From the NCBI GenBank assembly GCA_051362555.1, contig CM120640.1:35669967-35733966 (forward strand): a stretch of DNA of 64,000 nucleotides. The letters are read 5' to 3'. Made by a program: the position numbers and the translations under genes. The notes under the pieces were generated by a model. It saw only the letters and a list, made by a program, of their open reading frames with translations. It ran no database searches and was not told the DNA's origin. The stretch is from Lingula anatina (taxonomy: Eukaryota > Animalia > Brachiopoda). Positions 46,906 through 59,600 of this stretch are shown here, in pieces; positions within the stretch are counted from its first letter, which is position 1; every line of letters starts with the position of its first letter.

Positions 46906-48009
46906 CTATACAGTTTGCGACAAGGAGTTTGCAAGTAAAAATATGTTGCTTGCAAATCTGCAGCAAATTGGTGATAAAAGTTTGCAGCAAGCCTGATATT
47001 TTGCTAAGGGTCGACTCGTCAATAGGGTTGTTAACGCATGTCATGCTGCCTATCCTCGTCAAACTTCCGGTAAAGTTAAATCCCTTCATTTCATCGTCTT
47101 GAAGACGTTTCCGCCTTTTTCTAATCCATTTTTTTCTTTTTAATTTCATTTCTCACACAGAATTCTTGGTTATAGATTGGGAAATTCATCATCTTTATAT
47201 CAAGTTTGATTTCCTTTGAGTGCTAATGGTATTTCCCAATTCCTTTAGTTATTTCACGCCTTATTGACTAGTCAATGAAATCTATGAATTTTTTAATCCC
47301 TGATGAGTGATCAGCTTTATCCCGAGAAAATGAGCAATCAAAATCATCTGTTAAGGTAAAGAGGTCCTTCAAAGTATGTCAATTAAGGTTAATAGACGAA
47401 AAAAAGAAACGCTAGAGCGATTTCCTTTGCGCGGGCAAAAATGACAGTTGTAGCTTAAAGCGGTAACAGCTCTTTTTATGAAATTCAAAATTCCGCAATT
47501 CATACATTTTAAACCGCACGCTGAAATTGAGAAAATTAAGTTAATGCTTAACATTATTTTTTGACTTCATTCCTATGTCGGTCTACGCAGACCGATATTT
47601 TCAATTGGAATGAGCCTTTAGTCAAGGTTTGTGAAGTAAATTGTCTAGATACGGTTTGCATCAGGTATATTAGAATATAGTTCATCATCTTTTTGTCAAA
47701 TCTATGAATGAAAAAGCTATATTATGCAAACCTGAGCCTGAACATTCCTGCATATATCACATACTACTGCCACATATTTAGGTATTGCATTTATATTTAT
47801 TAACATCATTTCACCAACTTTTTTAACAAAACACATAAAATACACAAAGCATCGAGGACTTACTTTTTTTACCGACAAATAGAATATATACACTGGTGTT
47901 TCAGTGTTTTTTAAGAGGTCGCCTATCAGTTTTACGGACAGAAACGTTGTGGCGAGAATAATCAAATAATCACATACATTTTTTGAACAAATTGCTGCCT
48001 GGCATCCAT

Positions 48010-48236
48010 ACTGAAACCTTCATATGGCTTGACATCATCATTAATATCAGAAAGGTTAATCTTTTTTTTAAAACACTTTCCCGGCTTAAACCTCACCGAT
48101 ATTTTCATCGAAGTCTCCACATCATGCTGAAATCCAAACTGAAGCCTTCATATGACTTGACATCATCATAAATATCAAAAAAGGTTAACCTTTTCCCCGT
48201 CTTAAAACTGGACGATAATTTTCATCGAACTCTCTA
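48010..48236. repeat. Degenerate direct duplication of about 100-110 bp
   Basis: actgaa(a/g)ccttcatatg(g/a)cttgacatcatcat...ttttcatcgaa occurs twice. Confidence 0.8.
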
Positions 48237-48706
48237 TATACCGGCTAAGCCCTTTTGGAAAACAAGCTACGACATACATTAACCACTTACATGACAGGTG
48301 TATATGTATATTTATGATCATTAAAGATTACGGCAAACACTTTACTTCAATTTGGTGCAACTGATTTTCGTCTGGCGTGTCGTTTTGCAACGGGGTAACT
48401 CGAGCCTAATCTACGCCACAATTACGCCCCGTTGGTGCAACTGGTCCCTCGGCAAATTAAAAAAACGAATTAAAATGCACTTTATTGCCGGATTTTCGTC
48501 GTGAGTTACAGGTCTTACCCCCGTAATTCATACTTCTAAATCAACATCAATATCTCACGATCACAACCGGTTCTCTGAGACAAAAAGAATATCGTTGCTT
48601 TTGAATGTTGATAATAAAGCACTGTGTAAGCGAGTGATACCCTTCCGAAAATGTCTTGTAGGAGTCCTCTCAGGGACTCTACAGAAAACCCACAGGACTC
48701 CATGTA

Positions 48707-48880
48707 CAGGCCCGTAGCCAGGGGGGGGGGGGGTTCGGGGGGTTCGAAAGAACCGCCCCTTTTGCAGGGAAAAGGTCCACTCTGGGTAAAATTTGATCTA
48801 GGTACATGAAGTTTTTATGGGAAAAGGTCTACTTTTTCAGAAAGAGAACCCCCCTTTTGAAATTGCTGGCTACGGGCCTG
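48707..48880. mobile_element. hAT-like MITE
   Basis: Perfect 15-bp TIR CAGGCCCGTAGCCAG / CTGGCTACGGGCCTG, G/C-run subterminal repeats, ATGTA on both flanks. Confidence 0.8.
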
Positions 48881-51800
48881 ATGTAAATGGGACTGTATAG
48901 ATATTCTGTTGAATGTCCTACAGGATTTCCATCTAGGACACATGTCCATAACGACTCCTATAGGAAATTTCCCTTTGGGATTTTTTAATGCGAAAACCTG
49001 CCAAACTTTGCGCGGAGACAAAAGAACATGTTACTGTCGTTTTATGAGTGCACTTTTTTAAGTTTATATGTAGATACTTAGGGTGGAAACTGAGGTAAGA
49101 TGTACTGTTACCCTTAAGTAAAGTACGTCGCAATTATGAGCCTTCCAATTACTCATTTATGGAAAATCATCATCAATAATATTACAGACGCAGCTCCCTC
49201 TCGCTCTCTTTCTTAGTGATATGGCGTTTTTCGATTATTGTGGATGTGGTATCTTGGGGAATGAATATTTCATTAAGTTCATTATCTTTGATGATTGGTT
49301 TGTTTAAAAAATTAAAGTGCAGTCATAGGTGACGTAGACCGCTTCGTGAGGTTGAGAAAGAAATGGAAAGAAAATGTCTAAATACAGCAAGGGGTTTCAT
49401 GAGTTGAAAAGATTGTGGTTTCCATTTTCATGCATCACTCATAGATTAAACCTGAGGAATGAATGGACTTGAAGAACACACTGCCAACTAGGTGATCAAT
49501 ACTGTAGAAGAATACGGACTCTGAGACCTGCAATCTTTCAACAGTCTAACGAAATTGAATCTAAACAGCACGCGATTTTGCGTTTTGATAAGAAAAATCA
49601 GGCCTGCAAACCACGATATGGCAATATCCACAAAGGGAACTGCAATGAACATGTACATGCACTGCGTAATCCCAAATGAATGTGTTGTACTGGTCGTGTC
49701 ATTTTTTTTTCAAACAAATTCAAGTACAATGAACTTCCGCAACAAAGATATCGTACTGTGCAATGTAGTGGCTGTATCTGAAACTGAGTTTTGGCATATC
49801 TTACCTTTAACAAATACCTTTGCTGTAAGTTAAATTTCCCAATGTTAATTCTCCGATGCGTATCTTTGCATAACGTTTAACAATATTTTGCCCTTTTATT
49901 ACTCCCACATACATTTAAACATGTGTGCCCTGATCACATTGCACTTTCACGTGATATTTTTGGTCAGTTCAAATAAACAGACGCATTGGAACGTTGTACC
50001 TTCAGGACGTTCTGAAGTGAGATTCAACGCATTCTTCAAGAGAAATAACACCATGAAAATTACTGATAACTTCGCTGTTAAGATCTATACTTGACTTATC
50101 AGATCAGAACAACCAAGATCAAGATCAAAGCAAAGATAACCCACGGAACAAGCCAGCTTGTTTTGACTCATTGACATGCGACTAGCCCTGGATTAAACAG
50201 TTCCAAACTAAAGCCAGGTATTTTAAGGCCTTTTTATTTTTCCAAACCCGCATCACTTAGTTTTTATAGAATTGGACACACCTTTACACGCGGCTGTGTA
50301 AATTCCTCGACAATTTATCCCATAGTTTTCACGGGTTTTCTGGGTTCAGGCATATAGTAGAAGTGAAACAAAGACAAACCTATACCAAGGTTTATAAATC
50401 GACGGAATGGGTCACTAGATAATTAGGATGAAAGCTATCATCACGGCTTATTATTTTCTTCTCTATTTATCTCTTTATCTCTTACCTCTGGTTTTATCTG
50501 CAGAAAATAAATAAGATAACTGCAGGCCTAGAGATACATTTCAGCTACTTAATTTTCCAAAAATAAACAAATAATAAGACCAAATAAGATCAGATGAAAT
50601 GAAAAAATGCTGATAAATAAATAAATAAATAGATAAATAAATAAGCCGTACAGACATATACCAATACGAGTACTGACAGCAAAAGAAGCCTGGCATAAAT
50701 GTACAGGGAAAAGCACATTAAAAAAAAATGACCTCAAGAGAAGGAGTTAACATTTATACACTATCACCATAGTCCTTTCCATTACTATTTAATGAGTATT
50801 CGGAACGCTATTACTTTGCCGTGCACCCTCAATAAGGCTCGAGCCTGATGAATGGGTACTTTCTACCAGAGGCCAACTTCGTGATGATGGATGCCGTAGT
50901 AATTGTGCAAAAATCCTCGGCTGCCAAAGGACAGAAATGAACAGTTAACAGCCATGGCAAGAGAAATAGCTGTATAGCTGTGAATATCTAGTAAAAAAAT
51001 TCTCTTTGGTCTTGATGGAGGGTAATGAATGGGTCGGTTGGGGAGAATAGCATTATGCTGCATTATTGCGAGCGCTACAGGAAGTATTTTATCATTAAAA
51101 GAAGACCGATGCAATAGTGAATACCCCTGTCGTTTACGTTCCCCGAGAGTAAAAACGTCTGATTTATTATCTCAATTACAAGACTCTTTAACCTCGATAC
51201 GCAATGTTTGGAAAGACAGTCAGGTACATAGAAAACTCGTTTATGCTTCTCCTGTAAAAAGCTCTACACAGTATGACAAATAAAAGGAAGCAGTGCACTC
51301 GGTGATCGCTTTTTTTTTCTGAATGGTGCGTCTTACATGTGAACTAGCAAATGGGAGCCCCCTTCAGCTGGAAGGTGGTGCTATACACAAGAAAAAAGAT
51401 CAATTTATGTACTATCTTCAAATTCGTCATTCTTGTCATTTTAGCGTGACATACAGTAGCTGGGTGCGTGATAAAATACGCATCATGTTAAATCATCATT
51501 TTATCATGATAATATTATCTAATCTACCTTGTAGTTCATATTTCAGTACATAACGCGTGCGATCAATTATATCAAATATATATATATATATATGCGAACA
51601 TGCAACATCTTAGAAACACACATAAATAGATTAAGCACAACAATGGTGCCTCATTTCCTTATTTATGCGTGCATTTGGTTTAAAGTGGACAGGAACACTT
51701 GAACCCGCCATTCGGAAAAATGCATTCGAGGCACTCGTCTTTAGGAGGAAGCTCTCGTGTGCAGCGCGATTCACAAACGATTTTCGTCTTTCTGGGCGCT

Positions 51801-53741
51801 GTAGCCATTATCTGTCGTGTTTGATATTTTTACCTAGTGTGTAAACAATTTTCCCTAGTGCGCTCGAAAAAAGGCTATGTGCTTACGGCTATTTGTGCAC
51901 AGCGCCTGTCCACACTCACCTTTTGTTTTTGCACTCCAATTTACAGAAGAGGGAAAAAGAAAAAAATCAGTTAAAGGTTTTATTGACTTTTTTGTACCAA
52001 GTACATGGTATCATGGTACAATGACCGCCTGTTTAAACAGAATAAAAAGGGTCAAAAACTAGAAGGATTGTAATGTAGCCCAGTACGCCAGTACGCAATC
52101 AACCATAGTGTAATAAGTATGAGTCCCTCATCCTCTGTGAACAAATGTGAAGCGTTCTTACAGGGCGCGCACAATTCAAAAGTCATGTGTCGCGTAGTTA
52201 ATTGCGGCCATGCGATGAACAAGAAGAAATATAAGCTCGAAGCTTTCTTGCAGCAAACGGGGAATTGTATCTTCCTTCACGGGTGGAAAAAAAATATCGC
52301 TGATATGATATCAAACACGACATATACTGGCCGCAGCACCTCGGAAGACGGAAATCATTTTGTGAGTTTGAGGATCGCGCCGCATACGAGAGCTTCTCAT
52401 CTTTGACTGACGTGGTTGATATAAAGGAGGAGGGTTGCACCTCGGACCTACGTCTATGAAACTAATGTACGTAACTTTAAACCTTGATGCTACGATTAAT
52501 AAATTGTAAGGGAAAATGGTTTGGCAATTAAGTCAGCACTTTTAGGAGCAAATGCACAAAGCAAGTGGTATTGATGACATCATTACATGTAGGGGATGGT
52601 GTATAAGCCGGAGAAAAGACTAAATTAAGCCACCCTGGGTCAAATTAACCAAGGTCTTTTGTTTGAGAAACTGGGACACGACCAACCCAACAACCAACCA
52701 AATTAATCAATTAGGTCTTTCGTTTGAGAAACTGGACCACGACCGACTCAAATCTCTTGGTGTTGAAAACAGTGAATTCTGGGAGATGGAACCACGGGGA
52801 AGATGCAACCAGCCGCACCTACTGATTTACACATACAGTTGGCTTTCAAGGGTTGCGTTGTTTGCAAACTTCGGTACAGTCAACCAACTGGTTATTCCCT
52901 ATTATTTCAACGTGGATAAAACAACGTTGCCTTTTTAAAGTACAAAGGAAATGGCATAAGAATGACTACCGGTAGGATGGTCTTTTATAGGGAGCTTTAC
53001 AGTGCCACATGATTTATCAAATCTCAACTCTCATGACCTATGGGAATTAGATTTTCTAGGGGTTCCCTTGGAACACGATATTTCTTCTCGGTTGTGCATA
53101 TCATGTGACCGTTTATCTCTTCCAAAATAATGGTAATGGTTAAAATTTCAGAGTTTTTATCTTTGATAAAAAATGGCGCTTAAATCAAAAAGGTGACCGA
53201 AGATCAGCAACTAGGGCGAATCATTTAGATTTGTTTAAGCGTGGTACATTTACATATCGTTGTACATAAATCAAGCCAACTCGGCAATGGCCGTTCTATG
53301 AGAGCTTTATCTATGTTTAATGGACAAATGGGAAAAGATATATACTAAGCAATTAGGTGTAACATTCATCACGACGACATAAAAAACCTCCGATGGTTGA
53401 GTGCATAAGTTAAGAGGTTCACCACATAAGGCACATCAGTCCCAAGGTCTACTGGTGCAAAGCTTGAATATTCTGACGGTTTATTTATCCGAAAGTTTTA
53501 ATATATATTATATGTTTTGTTTAAACCGCATCGCCTTCAAACCCCGCTTCCATTGTTTGAATTGAGTACAATAAACTTGAAAATATATAAAAAAGATTTT
53601 GGCTTATTGATCTTTCAAACCACTTAAACCTTCCAAATAAAGAGCCTTTAGACCAAATGAACCCATGAAATGCTGAGAAGCAGCCAAGCTACCGTTAAAA
53701 ACACTAATGCATTACATAAAACCAATCCATTATTACCACAA

Positions 53742-54016
53742 GGGCCTGTTTCGCAAAATAAATTGGCCTCGAATCGTCTCTACTTTACGATCAAAACTTA
53801 AGCCAAGTTTGACCAAAGATAAATAACTGTTAGACCAATTTCAAATGTAATATTGCCCGACTTTATAACTGGAAATACATGGTCAATGTCTAAGATTAAC
53901 ACTTTCTTCATGAAGGTGGATTACTTTATGTTATCTTTAAACTAAAGTCGAACAAATTTTTGGTGTGAAAGTTTAGACTAATTTTCAAACCAAAGTTATT
54001 TTGTGGAACAGGGCCC
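53742..54016. mobile_element. Harbinger-like MITE
   Basis: TIR gggcctgtttcgcaaaataa / ttattttgtggaacagggccc. Confidence 0.6.
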
Positions 54017-54029
54017 AGATTAAATGTAT

Positions 54030-54318
54030 GCCCCCATTTAGAATGGATGATCCGAGTACTTATTGATCCGCCGACTAAATATGGCCGACCACAGTTCAAA
54101 AGCGATGCCGCTGATTCCTGATGGTCTCCCCGACTCCACACGCGCCTTTAAACAGATTAAATCTCTGCTCCGAGGGTTAATTGCTAAGCCCCTGCAGCAA
54201 CGGTGGGTGTGGAGGCAGGGAGACCATCAGGAATCAGCGGCGCCCCTTTTGAACTATTCTCAGCCATATTTAATCGGCAGATCAGTAAGTACTCGGATCA
54301 TCCATTCTGAATGGGGTT
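54030..54318. mobile_element. Foldback MITE with inverted arms of about 110 bp
   Basis: ccccatttagaatggatgatccgagtactta...gctgattcctgatggtctccc pairs with gggagaccatcaggaatcagc...taagtactcggatcatccattctgaatgggg. Confidence 0.8.
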
Positions 54319-56469
54319 TATATTAGAAGTTCGCGTATGACACGTCCACAACAGTGTTCAGAATTGGCATCGCTATAAAACTTTAATTGATGCCTAACAG
54401 AATGAAAACAATGTGAAAAGACAAACTTTAGTAAGCATATGAAGATGTTTGTAAAAAAGTATCATATCCAGATGAAGATACCGGTGTAACAAAACTGAGG
54501 ATCCGTGTAACAGAAAGTCCGCCCTCCATTTAGGTATAATGGTTAGTGCTAGCCCAGCCTAAGTGGGTCAATATCTAGGGCGATCGGCTCTCCTGTGCAG
54601 ATGAATGGGAAGCGGACTCTATATCATTGGGGACTCTCTGTCACGTTAGACTGGGTCTCCTGCAAATGTTTTTCAGAATTATAAAAAGAAAGGTTTTGAG
54701 TAAAATAACCACTGACACCGTTAACACGACCATAATGGAAACTCGGGTCATTTGCAAATGCTATTACAAGAATATAAAACAACAGTGGAAATAGAAAACA
54801 AAGTGACAGTTTTGTGTAAAATAAAGATCAAAAGCATTAACACGAGTAAAATGGGAGATAGACCAATGCCAAATGATTTACACTGTATTGTAAAATTAGT
54901 GAAGGCACAAATGTTTCCATCGAAACTGCTTCCATTTTTAACAAAAGAATAACCCGAAAATATCGTTGATGACTGCCTCCGCAACGCGATCTCAACGCTG
55001 AGTGCCATAATTCAAAATGATTCATTTATCTCAGCAACCCGAGCAGGACGTTGTTGGAACATTAATCATATTGTGGAATTAATGTGATAATCCTTTCACA
55101 CAGACACCGTTCATCATTTCTCTCATGCTGGTCTCCAAGCCATGGATAAAAGGTATAGAATGGAGCGCGAACAGTAGCCTTACAAAGAACCGGTATGGTA
55201 TTGCAAGTGTCTGATTTTCATCCATGAAAAGTACCCCGATCATTTATTTATGAAAGAGAAGTTGGGAGAAAAAACTCAACACACTCTGTGCACTCACACT
55301 GTTGGGATTAAGTACAAATGTACTAAGTGTGAAGTAAGTCTAGTCCCAATAAATGGCTCGAGGAGTCTCGTTGCCATCAAAAGCGTAACCATATCACAGT
55401 TCAACTAGAAAGGCACTTAGAGAACGCAACGCAGACCTCCGCCTAGGCACCTCGATTCTCATTATTAATCTATTAATCCATGGACCACCAAAATGTGACT
55501 GGTTCTAAGTTAACCCCCTACTGGCTTACACGTAGCCGGAAAATTTTATAAAATATCCCACCAAAACTATTTTTTTGAGATTTCGCTGTTGGCTAACAAT
55601 CAACCAAATGTTAATATTCAGCAATCGTATCCTTTGCAGAAGTAATGATACAAAAATTTTCAATAATGCAAATTGCATATATTCATATTCAACATATGAA
55701 TACGAAAATGCGTGCTTGGACAACAACTGTCTGACCTATGATAGAAGGATGTTATCATTTACTACATGTAACATACTTATCAATAGTGCATGCTGTCTAG
55801 CAGTAGAACCACGATGAGATTGGCGATCGATCCTTAAGAACATTCTAAAAGCAAGAAGATGGAGACAAATCACGAAAATTACAATGTCAGAAATGCATGC
55901 GAAAACCGTGTCTATGTTTTGATAAGTAAGACACGAAACAGCTATTACGAGAAGCTTCATCTAACAACGGCAGCTGTTTGTATAACAACAATTCATTTCA
56001 AAAGATTGATCTTTTTAGCTAGTGTAATTGGATTTACTTTGTTATACCCTATACATCTAATAAAAAAAAATGAGAAGACCCTTTTTTTGAAAAAAAAATA
56101 GCATTTTTCGTTTGTACCAAAGCCACTGGTGATATTTTCAATAAAAAAAGGACAGTTACTTTATCTCTCGAGATGCAATTCTTTGCCTGGACAGGACACT
56201 GAAATATATCCCGAATCTCTCAAAGGTACTGCTGTGGGCTGTACTCATTTTTCACTTGAAACTCTATTAACACGAGGACAGTGATTCTTATCTCGATTCC
56301 ACATCCCACTGGACAGGTCATTCGTTATCGTACCGTAACTTTTAAAATTGCTTTGGCCACTGCGTTCTTTTCTAATACATATCGTTTAGAAGGTTGTTAT
56401 GCACCACAAGCGCCAACTGTTCAAGCAAGGACTGAACTAGGTCCTGCTTTGCAAAAGAGCCCTGAAACT

Positions 56470-56657
56470 GGCCCCAGTTTCACAAAAATAGATAAATAAA
56501 TAAAAATAAAGTCAGGTTCCCCGGCTAAGAACTTAATAACCAAGGTTACATGGTCAAATCTTACCCTGTCAAGAGCAGTGTTACAGCACTCTCATGGAAA
56601 TCCTAGTCAACTAAGCCAGGGAACTGACTAAAGTTTTTTTTGTGTGAAATTGGAGCC
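56470..56657. mobile_element. Harbinger-like MITE, degenerate
   Basis: TIR ggccccagtttcacaaaaa / ttttgtgtgaaattggagcc. Confidence 0.5.
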
Positions 56658-59600
56658 TGGTCTGAATTTTTAGGCAAAAATTTCATTCTACTTTGACCCA
56701 AAATAAAATCTTGGGACTGAAAAAGACCCAAACTTGGTCCAAAAGCATACACATTTTTTAGGATATATCACTTTAGTGAAAGCGCCCCGGAACTTTGTGG
56801 TAGGACACCTAGGCCATACATTGATTGTATTATCCCATTCAGAAAAGCTTGAATCTATATTTAATTTTTTCTCATTTAATGACTTCTGCGTATAATTAAT
56901 GCTTGCAATTGTTGTCATTGTTTGCCATTAATGAATAATCATATAATAAAACAACAGGCTTCGATCGATTGTCCTTTAATGTCAACTGAATTTTAGTCCT
57001 TTCAGACAGTCAAAACTGAAAGTGTTTATCAATCATTGGCCATGCATCTTGACCAAAGCCTAAATCGCAATTTTCAGTGAAATTTCGTATTAGAAACCGT
57101 TTCTCTTGAATTCAGCAGCTCGGTATGCAATACCAAAGCAAAGTAATTGACATGACTGTTGCCGTATTCATTACACTTGCATTTCATTGTAATGTGCTTT
57201 ATGTATGAATATAAATAACAATAAAAATAAACATGACAATTGCTGCATACAGATGAACTAATACCCGACCACCTGAACGATCATGCATCTTAATTGCCCG
57301 TTCTGGATTTCGAGTGCCCTATCCTTTATCACTTTATGTAGCTTCTGTCAATTATGGTTATTATCTTAATGCCATGTGTTGTCAGTATGGAATAGTTAAC
57401 TTATATCGGTCGATGCCTTCCATTATTGAGCGCAACGAGACCAGATTGTGCACCCAGTGTTTCAGAGTTTCAGTGTTGCCTCATGGTCTGCAGTTTCATG
57501 TTGCCAATACATTCCAATTCTCTTAGGTAGAGGGAAACTTTGTAAATAGTCTTGGCACGTACGATAAGAGACATGCAATTAAAGTACACCGCTGCTGTTC
57601 ATTCAAAAAGTCCTAGCTAGAGAAACAAACTGACAAAACAGTTCTTGGCCATCATGGCCATCATGCAAGATGTTGGTCACTCTTGGTTCATAGAAATGTC
57701 TCACTATTTCGCAAGAACTCATGACTGATTCCAGCTATATCCAGTCATCTCGCCAGATAAAAGCATTGCCTACAACATACACTAGCCAAAGAGGAAAACA
57801 CGGGGTACAAAACTCATCTCATAACGATCATCAATAAACAAATGGGTTCCTTAACTATGGCGTAAGCACACCAATAGCTGGCGGCGGCAGGGCATTGCAG
57901 GCAGTTCAAACAGATTGTGACATTAGTTTTCGACCATATATTAATTAAACCAACTGCGCTTCGTCCTGTGAATCCAGACAGATTGAACATATATGTTAAG
58001 AACATGATATTATACACCGTATATACGATAACATTACCCGGGGAAATTCCCCTTTGGGAAATTCTGGAATCGACCTAGGTATAGGAAAAATTGGAATCTT
58101 CCAGTGCAAAAAAGTAACATTTTCCAAATTGGCTTTATAAGTTATTGGCCACCGTATCAAGATTTGTTGTAAAATAAAGACCTTTTGACCGGAGATTAGC
58201 TCAAGTTAATAGTACATTTGTTCATGTTTGTTGAATGTCAGTAAATTTCCCCTCGGATAGAAATTGGTCTGTCGGCCATCCGTAATGCTTTCTGATCAAA
58301 CTATGATTAATGTTGGAAAGGGTTACAATTTTAGGTTTCGTCTTCTTTACTTCAAGCCATTTCTCATAGTAACCCTTCAGTTATTAGGAAATAAAACGAC
58401 ATATCAAATATTTCATCACACAGTCGTCTACTCAGATCATAAAAATCTTCGGGTCAAAAGGAAGGCACACATCACTTACTTTATGACGTGCTGACTTTGA
58501 AAAGTCCTATGGGGAAATCTTTTAGATGGACCAACAGCCCCGGGCTTAAAAAAATGAAGCATCAGTTACTTAAATACGTACTGATCCCCATGTTGAAATT
58601 GCAGGAGGCAGATTGAAAAATCTTTAAAACATATATATACTTCTGGCCAACAAAAATCGCCTGTTAGTAGATTTTTCATTTAAATGGTAATAACCTTGAT
58701 AAGACACGAAGCTGATAACGGGGATACCTGTAAGCTGATAACTAAGATTTAAATACATTAGAAAAAAAGGTCCCAGGGAAGGTCAGGCAACACTCAGCCA
58801 GTCAAAATTGGCTTTCACTGATGAATCTTCGGTTACCCAAACAAAATTTTCATTGATGAGATTTTCCTTGTTGCCTGTCATTTCGCATTACATTGATTGT
58901 GACTGAACATGAATTCTTTCATTCCAGGACCCAGCTATCTTCACCTTCGTAGGAGAACAATGCCAAGTTTACACAGTTTCGTAGGAGTGTGATCCACATT
59001 CTAGTACAGAAAACCACTGCTCTGGTTAACTCCGTGTGTGTAAACTGGGCGAAACTAATTGCATGCTCTACCCAACATGCCGATCTTCATGCCAGGAATT
59101 TTGTTTTGTGGTCGAAAGTTCATGTCCACAAGAAATGTCTGCATGCATTCCCTGTGTTTGTATTGTATAAAACTGATTTTGTTGATATAGCTTTGGGTTA
59201 AATCTAGACCGGGGTGTTGCAAAACCACAACAAATTAATTTCACTGAGGTATTCTCCACATATATGTTGGATTGAAACCTAAATCAAGGGTGTCTGAAGA
59301 AATAACAGGGTCTTATAATTGCATATAAAAAATATAACCGGTATTTTATTCCCTCATTTCCATATGTTTAACTCCGGATATTATATACTGAATGTATTTC
59401 CACATGCACATTGAACATTTTAAAAGCATAGAGTGAATATGGGTACCTGTGACAAACGCATAAGAATAGACTTTTAAGGATGTACAGAAATAGCTGGAAC
59501 AGCACACGTTAGTGTAGCGTGTATACAATTTTTTGCGAATCTTTGAAAAAACTGAATCAATCCTCAAGATACACACTGATATTGTGCATGCTGCCAAAGG

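Noticed and set aside
46906-47149. N-terminal half of the 189-aa ORF
   Set aside because: No RT similarity; chance fusion of flanking DNA to the truncated LINE.
51813-52323. 15-bp inverted match (tgtcgtgtttgatat)
   Set aside because: No TSD or further homology; could be chance.
52654-52745. Short duplicated motif of about 31 bp
   Set aside because: Only two copies; ordinary local duplication.
55403-55450. aactagaaaggcact...cctccgcctaggc, resembling an interspersed-repeat terminus
   Set aside because: No second end or second copy in the window; cannot be classified.
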